From a bacterium (GTDB lineage Bacteria; Fidelibacterota; Fidelibacteria; Fidelibacterales; Fidelibacteraceae): a stretch of 64,000 bases of DNA. Position numbers and translations under genes: made by a program. The DNA lies in the NCBI GenBank assembly GCA_963676395.1, contig OY781066.1, positions 2,240,001 to 2,304,000 of the forward strand, read 5' to 3'. The notes beneath the pieces are model-generated. The model was not told the DNA's origin. It searched no databases and saw only the letters and a program-made list of their open reading frames with translations. Numbering within the stretch: the first letter of the stretch is position 1; each line of letters opens with the position of its first letter. Below are positions 57,796-64,000 of the stretch, piece by piece.

Positions 57796-59802
57796 TTATC
57801 TTTTGTTTTTCTGCTTCCTCAATTCCAATATCTCATCCCTTAATCTGGCTGCTGTTTCAAATTGAAGGTCCTTAGCGGCTTCCTGCATTTGAATGGTGAG
57901 GCGTTCGATCATGTCCATGGTTTCCAACTTGCTCATGGATCTCATCTTGCGCTCGGCCTTGCTGTCAGGTTTATAGTCGGTTTTCATATCTGCAATAGAC
58001 GTGATATTATTGATCTCTTCCGCACTTTTGTAGATAGTTTTGGGTGTCATGCCATGTTTTTTATTATAGGCTATCTGGATCTCTCTGCGACGTTTTGTTT
58101 CATCTATGACCGATCGCATAGCATCGCTCATTTTATCTGCGTAGAAGATAACCAAACCCTCTGAATTTCGTGATGCACGACCGGCTATCTGAAATAATGA
58201 GCGTTCGGAGCGAAGGAATCCCTGCTTGTCGGCACCAAGAATGGCTACCAATGATACTTCCGGAAGATCAAGACCTTCTCTAAGCAGATTTACACCGACG
58301 AGGACATCAAATTCGGCCATTCTTAGCTCTCTGAGAATGACCACGCGCTCCAAAGCGTCAATCTCTGAGTGTAAATAGCGTACACGGATATTGATATTCT
58401 TTAAATAATTGGAAAGATCTTCGGATTCTCGTTTGGTTAGGGTGGTGACCAGTACGCGTTCTTTTTTCTTTACCCGTTGCTGGATCTCATGAATGAGGTC
58501 GTCGATTTGCCCTTCGGTGGGCCTGACATTAATATTAGGATCCAGTAGACCTGTAGGGCGTATGATCTGCTCCACAACCACACCTTGAGATTGTTCTATT
58601 TCGTAATTCGAGGGAGTGGCCGATACAAACACCGTTTGATTTAGCATGTCCTCAAATTCATGAAATTTTAAAGGACGGTTATCGAAAGCAGAAGGCAAAC
58701 GAAAGCCATGTTCTACCAAAACTTCTTTGCGAGATCTGTCACCATTATACATGGCGTGTATTTGTGGGATGGTTGCATGGGATTCATCAATAATGGTAAT
58801 AAAGTCTTCTGGGAAAAAATCCATAAGTGTAAAAGGCCGTTCTCCCGCTTTGCGAAGAGTAAGGTGTCTGGAATAATTCTCAATACCCGAACAGTATCCC
58901 AATTCCTGGATCATTTCTATATCGTAGTTCGTTCGTTGTTCAAGTCGTTGTGCCTCTAAAAGCTTTCCGTTTTGACGAAGATCATTTAGGCGCTCTTTTA
59001 GTTCTTGCTTAATATTTTGCATGGCAATTTTAACCTTCTCGGCATCTGTAATAAAATGACGAGCCGGATAAATGACAGCAAATTCCACTTCTTTTATTAC
59101 CCTTCCCGTAAGTGGTTCGATTATAGAGATCGCTTCAATTTCATCACCCCAGAACTCCAAGCGAATAGCCGAATCTTCGTAGGCCAGGTAAATTTCAACG
59201 CTATCACCTCGAACTCTAAATGTTGAACGCGAAAAAGAAACATCGTTTCTGGAATAGTGAATGAACACCAATCGACTGAAGAGATCCTTGCGGGTTATAC
59301 TTTCGCCTTGGCGCAAAACAATAATTTGTTTTTCATAGTCTTTGGGAGACCCAAGACCAAAAATGCAGGAAACAGATGCGATCAAGATCACATCTCGCCG
59401 TCCCAAGAGGGAGGTTGTGGCTTTTAAACGAAGTTTTTCTATTTCGTCGTTTATATCGGAATCTTTTTCAATATAAGTATCGGTTGTTGCGATATAGGCT
59501 TCGGGTTGATAGTAATCGTAATATGAAATAAAGTATTCAACCGCATTATCCGGGAAAAAACTCTTAAACTCACCGTAAAGCTGGGCCGCCAATGTTTTAT
59601 TATGCGAAATAATAAGCGTAGGCTTTTGTACTGCCTCGATCATTTTGGCCATCGTGTAAGTTTTACCGCTTCCCGTTATACCAAGAAGGGTCTGAAAAGG
59701 ATCACCATTGTTAATCCCCTCAACCAATGATTTAATGGCTTCGGGTTGATCACCCGAAGGTTGGAAAGGGGAGTGCACTTTTAATTTTTTGTCTATAAAC
59801 AT
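57796..59802 (-). CDS. uvrB: Excinuclease ABC subunit B
   Basis: [60 protein letters not shown]. Confidence 0.97.
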   Translation of the reverse strand: MFIDKKLKVHSPFQPSGDQPEAIKSLVEGINNGDPFQTLLGITGSGKTYTMAKMIEAVQKPTLIISHNKTLAAQLYGEFKSFFPDNAVEYFISYYDYYQPEAYIATTDTYIEKDSDINDEIEKLRLKATTSLLGRRDVILIASVSCIFGLGSPKDYEKQIIVLRQGESITRKDLFSRLVFIHYSRNDVSFSRSTFRVRGDSVEIYLAYEDSAIRLEFWGDEIEAISIIEPLTGRVIKEVEFAVIYPARHFITDAEKVKIAMQNIKQELKERLNDLRQNGKLLEAQRLEQRTNYDIEMIQELGYCSGIENYSRHLTLRKAGERPFTLMDFFPEDFITIIDESHATIPQIHAMYNGDRSRKEVLVEHGFRLPSAFDNRPLKFHEFEDMLNQTVFVSATPSNYEIEQSQGVVVEQIIRPTGLLDPNINVRPTEGQIDDLIHEIQQRVKKKERVLVTTLTKRESEDLSNYLKNINIRVRYLHSEIDALERVVILRELRMAEFDVLVGVNLLREGLDLPEVSLVAILGADKQGFLRSERSLFQIAGRASRNSEGLVIFYADKMSDAMRSVIDETKRRREIQIAYNKKHGMTPKTIYKSAEEINNITSIADMKTDYKPDSKAERKMRSMSKLETMDMIERLTIQMQEAAKDLQFETAARLRDEILELRKQKNKR

Positions 59803-59870
59803 TCTTTATTTTATTTCCTGTATTTCAATAGACTTGGGCTTAACTCAAAGCTAATGAATAATTCCGGGTT

Positions 59871-61223
59871 TTACTCCTCAAACGCTGCCAAAATATCTTT
59901 CATCATCTGGTTATTACTGAATTCGCTTTTATCCGAATAACCCAATCTTACCACAACAAGATCCTTGGAGGGTACCATAATGATCCATTGGCCATCATGT
60001 CCTTGACAAAAATAAGTATCTTTCGGAGCATCTGGCATTTTTTCGCCTGAGGCATTCAGCCAAAAGTATGAGCCATATACGCCATTTGAAGCTTTAGCTG
60101 GAGTAACCGTATAATCAACCCAACCTTCGGGGAGAATGCGTTCACCTTCCCAAATACCATCATTTAAATATAACAAACCAAATCGGGCAAAATCACGAGC
60201 CGTCGCGTAAATATATGAGGAACCGACAAACGTACCTGAGGCATCGGTTTCGAAAACGGCGGATTTAATATTGATCTTTGAGAATAGCTCATCATAGGGG
60301 AAGTTTAAATATGCTTCATCATTATCAAAAAGGTTTCTTATTGCTAGAGATACAAGATTGGTTGAACCTGAGGAATAATTCCATACTGTTTCCGGTGCCG
60401 CTACAACTTTTTTATTGGCGGTATATGAACCGAAATCTCCAACTTTATGAAGCATAACGTTAACATCGGATTCGTTACCGTAATTTTCTTCCCATTCAAG
60501 CCCCGAAGCCATGTGCATCATGTTATTCCAAGTAATCTTGGCGTGTTCATCTTTTTCCCAACCGGGCATCATAATGGGATCATTGATGTCAATTTTACCC
60601 TCTTTGCTTAAAATACCCACCATTGCATTGGTAAAACTTTTCGCCATGGACCAGCTGAGTAGGCGAGTATTGACATTAAAACCATCAGCATAATCTTCGG
60701 CGATTAATTCGCCTTCATGAACAACCAAAAGTGCCCTTGTGCCAAGATAGGGGATTTCGTTACTAAAGGCTTTATCATACGCATTTGCCAGTGTTTCGTA
60801 ATCTACGTTACCGTGCATATGGTTGATAACCTGATCACCCACGGGCCAGAGTCTTGAATAATCCATGTCAGTATTGGATTTATATCGTAAAGACGGTCGG
60901 TTAAGCACATCTTCTTCTTTGTACTTACGAACAATGGTGCAACCATGATCTTCGTTGTATACAACCTTTGATTTACGCCAAAGAAAACGAGATGTAACGG
61001 ATTGTTCCTCCATATTAACTTTGTTCTTGGTATACTGAATAAATGAGAAATTTAGATCGACCGCTTCAATATCCTCTTGTGTGCGATCTGAAAGAAAAAC
61101 CCCGGAAGCTAAACCTTTAGCGGCATATCCGGTGATAATGGGTAGGAGGGGATTTAAATACAACGCAGCAGCAATGAGAATGACCACTAGGACGCTGAGC
61201 GTAATGAGTAATGCTTTTTTCAT
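59871..61223 (-). CDS. Serine hydrolase, beta-lactamase/6-aminohexanoate-dimer-hydrolase-like
   Basis: SWSMAKS (SxxK), WNYSSG, ARDFARFGLLYL, GHDGQ, LVVVRLG. Confidence 0.88.
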   Translation of the reverse strand: MKKALLITLSVLVVILIAAALYLNPLLPIITGYAAKGLASGVFLSDRTQEDIEAVDLNFSFIQYTKNKVNMEEQSVTSRFLWRKSKVVYNEDHGCTIVRKYKEEDVLNRPSLRYKSNTDMDYSRLWPVGDQVINHMHGNVDYETLANAYDKAFSNEIPYLGTRALLVVHEGELIAEDYADGFNVNTRLLSWSMAKSFTNAMVGILSKEGKIDINDPIMMPGWEKDEHAKITWNNMMHMASGLEWEENYGNESDVNVMLHKVGDFGSYTANKKVVAAPETVWNYSSGSTNLVSLAIRNLFDNDEAYLNFPYDELFSKINIKSAVFETDASGTFVGSSYIYATARDFARFGLLYLNDGIWEGERILPEGWVDYTVTPAKASNGVYGSYFWLNASGEKMPDAPKDTYFCQGHDGQWIIMVPSKDLVVVRLGYSDKSEFSNNQMMKDILAAFEE

Positions 61224-61328
61224 GAGATGCTCCTTTATTTTTTTTATTTCCTATATACCGTGGATAGAAATCCTAATTTATTGTATGGGCGATTCGGAAA
61301 CCGTCTTTACGGTATCAAAAATTTCTTC

Positions 61329-62021
61329 TTAACTTTTTGATCCTTGTTTTGCAAGGGTATCAGCATATTCATTCCATTTATTGCCAGTATGGGCTGCAAC
61401 TTTATGAAAGTGCAAAGTGATAGGTTGCTTGAGCATATAGGCTTGATAGGCTTGAGTAAGTTCTTTATTGGCTTTCCATTTTCCGGTGGCCCACATTTCA
61501 ATGCCTTTATAATCATAGTATATATGCAGGTCTTTTATATTATTATTTTTTGCCCAGGAAACGCTTTCGATTGCGGCTTTGAGCTCTCCACCAATCTGAT
61601 AGTGTTCCTCATATTTATCATCCATTTTTCCTGATATTTTATGAATAATGCGTTCTCCATCGAGGATAACCGCTCCGTAACCGATCACTTTATTTAAAAA
61701 TGAACCGTCCACATAAGCGGAGATCACTCCCTTCTTGGCTTTGGGAGCGGCATTATGCTGAAATTCTTGCCATTTTTCAAGAACTAAATCCTTATAAGAA
61801 GCTATTTTGATCTCCTGGCATGTTAATTTGAAACTTTTCTTTTTAGGACTGTAGTATAAACTGCCTTTTCCAATATATTGGCCTGCAGTGTGGAGGTCTA
61901 TTTTTGCAACATAATCCCGAGTTGCATCAATATCTAGAACAGCTGTAAATTCATTCTTTTCCAAGAATGCGGCAAATTCACGAGCTTTGGGTATGGTTTT
62001 ATCCTGGTGTAAGTAATTCAT
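61329..62021 (-). CDS. Ribonuclease HI family protein with extra N-terminal domain
   Basis: AYVDGS, GEL.AA, YYDY.GI..W, KVAAHTG.KWNEYAD.LAK. Confidence 0.88.
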   Translation of the reverse strand: MNYLHQDKTIPKAREFAAFLEKNEFTAVLDIDATRDYVAKIDLHTAGQYIGKGSLYYSPKKKSFKLTCQEIKIASYKDLVLEKWQEFQHNAAPKAKKGVISAYVDGSFLNKVIGYGAVILDGERIIHKISGKMDDKYEEHYQIGGELKAAIESVSWAKNNNIKDLHIYYDYKGIEMWATGKWKANKELTQAYQAYMLKQPITLHFHKVAAHTGNKWNEYADTLAKQGSKS

Positions 62022-62174
62022 CTGATAAATATAGAGAATTTAGTAGCCAGAAGCTAGAATTCAGTAGTCAGAATTTAGTAGTTAAAATTTAGCAAGTAAT
62101 AGTGATCTGTCAATTTTAAATCATAAATCTGTTTTCCACTAACCTAAGCACTATATTTGCCTTGCATCCTACGG

Positions 62175-63326
62175 CTAACGAATTTCTAAATCATCCTTTT
62201 CGGGTAATTCCGGAAAAGAATTATGCGGTTCCAATTGATACCAATAAGCGACGGATGAGATATCGTCTTTTAGCGGTAAATATCGACCGCCGGAACGCCA
62301 ACCCAGTGCTTGCATGGTAATTTTTAATTCTTTTTCAAAGCGAATGGGATCGGTGATGTGCCATCGATACATACCGTAACGTGTAATGGTTTTTGTCCAG
62401 CTCTTTGGATGTGGTGGATAATGGAAAAATCCGGCGTAGGGAGTAGAATAATCCGTATAGTGTCTTTCGCCATCATGATCTTGGGTTAAAAAACTGTATG
62501 AACCGCAGAAATAATCTTCAGTTCCCGTACCGCAGATGGTCGGGAAGTCGGTGTCTCCATCCATATAAACTTTGATCTCGCCTTCACCCCACCAGCCATC
62601 ATTATTTGACTGCCAGGTCATGTAGGTCCCCACATAGTGACCTTTGCCCTTTATTCCATCCACAATAGTATAGACTTCTTTGTAGGGGAGAGGATTTACA
62701 CGACGAAATTGAGCGTGAAAATATGCGGCATCCTTTGGGATATCCGTTAAGGTATAATCAACCTGATAAAAGAGACGCATATCTTTTTCTGCAATATTTT
62801 CTACTGTGATTTTACAGGATTTTCTGAATGGCATGATCCAATAGCAATTGAATGCCGATCCCGGGTTAACGCAAACCGGGATAGATGTTACTTGTTTAAA
62901 ATAATAAGCCGAAGCAAAGAAATCCCCCAAAGGAACTTCGACGGACGGTTCTTCTTCGCCATCCCAATACATTCTAAGTATGGCAAAACGCCAATCTCCG
63001 GTAGGAGTTAACCAAATATGTTGAATAGCTCCGGAGCCTTTAATATCAGCCATTATTTGAGTTTCACCGGAAGGAATAACATAATATGGATTCACTTTCC
63101 AACCTTGTCCAAGATCTCTTGCAGCATGAGCCGCAGACCCTTCTTCAAGTGTTATCATGCCACCTTTACCGGGTTCTCCAGTTGGGTGCTCAGGTGATAT
63201 CGATCTGCTTTTAGCATTTGAAACCTTGATAAGATCATTAAGATCTGCCGTCAATCCATTAAATGAACTTGCAAAAAGAACTGTGCTCAATAATATGACG
63301 CATAAAATGACAGTCGATTTTTTCAT
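62175..63326 (-). CDS. Glycoside hydrolase family 172 (DUF2961)
   Basis: SRSISPE.PTGE.GKGG, GAIQHIW, YWDGE..PSVE.PLGDFF, WWGEGE.K, GTGTEDYF, DDISSVAYWYQ. Confidence 0.9.
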   Translation of the reverse strand: MKKSTVILCVILLSTVLFASSFNGLTADLNDLIKVSNAKSRSISPEHPTGEPGKGGMITLEEGSAAHAARDLGQGWKVNPYYVIPSGETQIMADIKGSGAIQHIWLTPTGDWRFAILRMYWDGEEEPSVEVPLGDFFASAYYFKQVTSIPVCVNPGSAFNCYWIMPFRKSCKITVENIAEKDMRLFYQVDYTLTDIPKDAAYFHAQFRRVNPLPYKEVYTIVDGIKGKGHYVGTYMTWQSNNDGWWGEGEIKVYMDGDTDFPTICGTGTEDYFCGSYSFLTQDHDGERHYTDYSTPYAGFFHYPPHPKSWTKTITRYGMYRWHITDPIRFEKELKITMQALGWRSGGRYLPLKDDISSVAYWYQLEPHNSFPELPEKDDLEIR

Positions 63327-63538
63327 ACTTAACTCCCAATTTGTTTAAATAAGACGAAAGAATTTAAACGTAACTGTAATATAAAAAAAGTATAAATTAA
63401 AAAATTATTAAAATTCAGGTAAAAATAATCCAAGGAGAACATATTATTTTAGGGATTAATTGCTTGAACGAGTTTAAATAGGGATACTACTTTTTTAGAA
63501 AGAAAGCGCTACGAGCATGCCGGTTTTATTACAGTTTA

Positions 63539-63994
63539 TTACTTGTAGTAGACATTTGGCAGCTGAGTTGCTACTGTTACTTTTGAGTTTTTCTTGATAT
63601 AGGTGATTAAACCTTCGCTGCCTCTTGGGATGACATAATCAATGTGATCTTTCAGACTGATCAGCTCGGTCATGGCAACACGATCAGTTGTGGGAATCAA
63701 AGTTATTAGAGCTCTAGGTAAATTATGAGCTTCCAGTACATCACCCAAAATAGAAACCGATGCCGTATTCGTATGGAATCCTTCTTTACCGCCTCGTAAT
63801 ACAATAGTATGCCCGGCCGTAAATGCCTGAATTGACGCCTCAATACTGATATAGGGTCGGGATTCGTAAACGACGGCATATAAGGAAGCCTTGGGGATAT
63901 CACGACCTTCATCATCTTGCAATACAAGGTTTTTATTATTAGATGCGTAAGCTTTTGCACAGGCGGTTAAATTGAACAGACGTTCATCATTCAT
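63539..63994 (-). CDS. Gamma-glutamyl phosphate reductase (ProA)-like protein, divergent and ending before the catalytic domain; may extend beyond the window
   Basis: YESRP, LRGGKE, IDYVIPRGSEGLI; stop codon where ProA continues into the catalytic GxCH segment. Confidence 0.65.
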   Translation of the reverse strand: MNDERLFNLTACAKAYASNNKNLVLQDDEGRDIPKASLYAVVYESRPYISIEASIQAFTAGHTIVLRGGKEGFHTNTASVSILGDVLEAHNLPRALITLIPTTDRVAMTELISLKDHIDYVIPRGSEGLITYIKKNSKVTVATQLPNVYYK

Positions 63995-64000
63995 ATGAAG

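Overview
Bacterial chromosomal window, genetic code 11. Gene content (BatCDE, S46 peptidase, TonB receptor, RRM protein, electron-bifurcating flavoenzyme) suggests an anaerobic diderm of the FCB superphylum; this is an inference. No rRNA, tRNA or CRISPR array was recognised. Bases 1-8363 form a visibly AT-rich, co-directional, tightly coupled gene cluster that is the main candidate for an undescribed system. It encodes an unknown protein, a small EACC1-like protein and a caspase-like (C14) protease. The protease C-terminal half aligns motif by motif with the amino-acid-binding protein encoded next door. These genes are followed by a polar amino-acid ABC importer, a GRAS-like SAM methyltransferase, a TorF-like beta-barrel and a membrane/coiled-coil protein. 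The remainder is mostly housekeeping and metabolism: a GH9-deacetylase fusion, ogt, batCDE, nadA, cobA/btuR, a DPP7-like peptidase, an Stn/Nfn-type three-subunit oxidoreductase, yebC-ruvC-ruvA, uvrB, RNase HI and GH172. A second variable hotspot at about 38.7-44.6 kb holds two inverted, covarying copies of a ~170-bp structured repeat, REP-like palindromes, AT-rich orphan genes, a duplicated 3' end of a HAD gene and a complete IS256-variant element with an 8-bp target duplication. A TetR / TonB receptor / ABC iron-uptake-like module carries three copies of a candidate operator. All assignments come from reading motifs by eye; no database searches were run.
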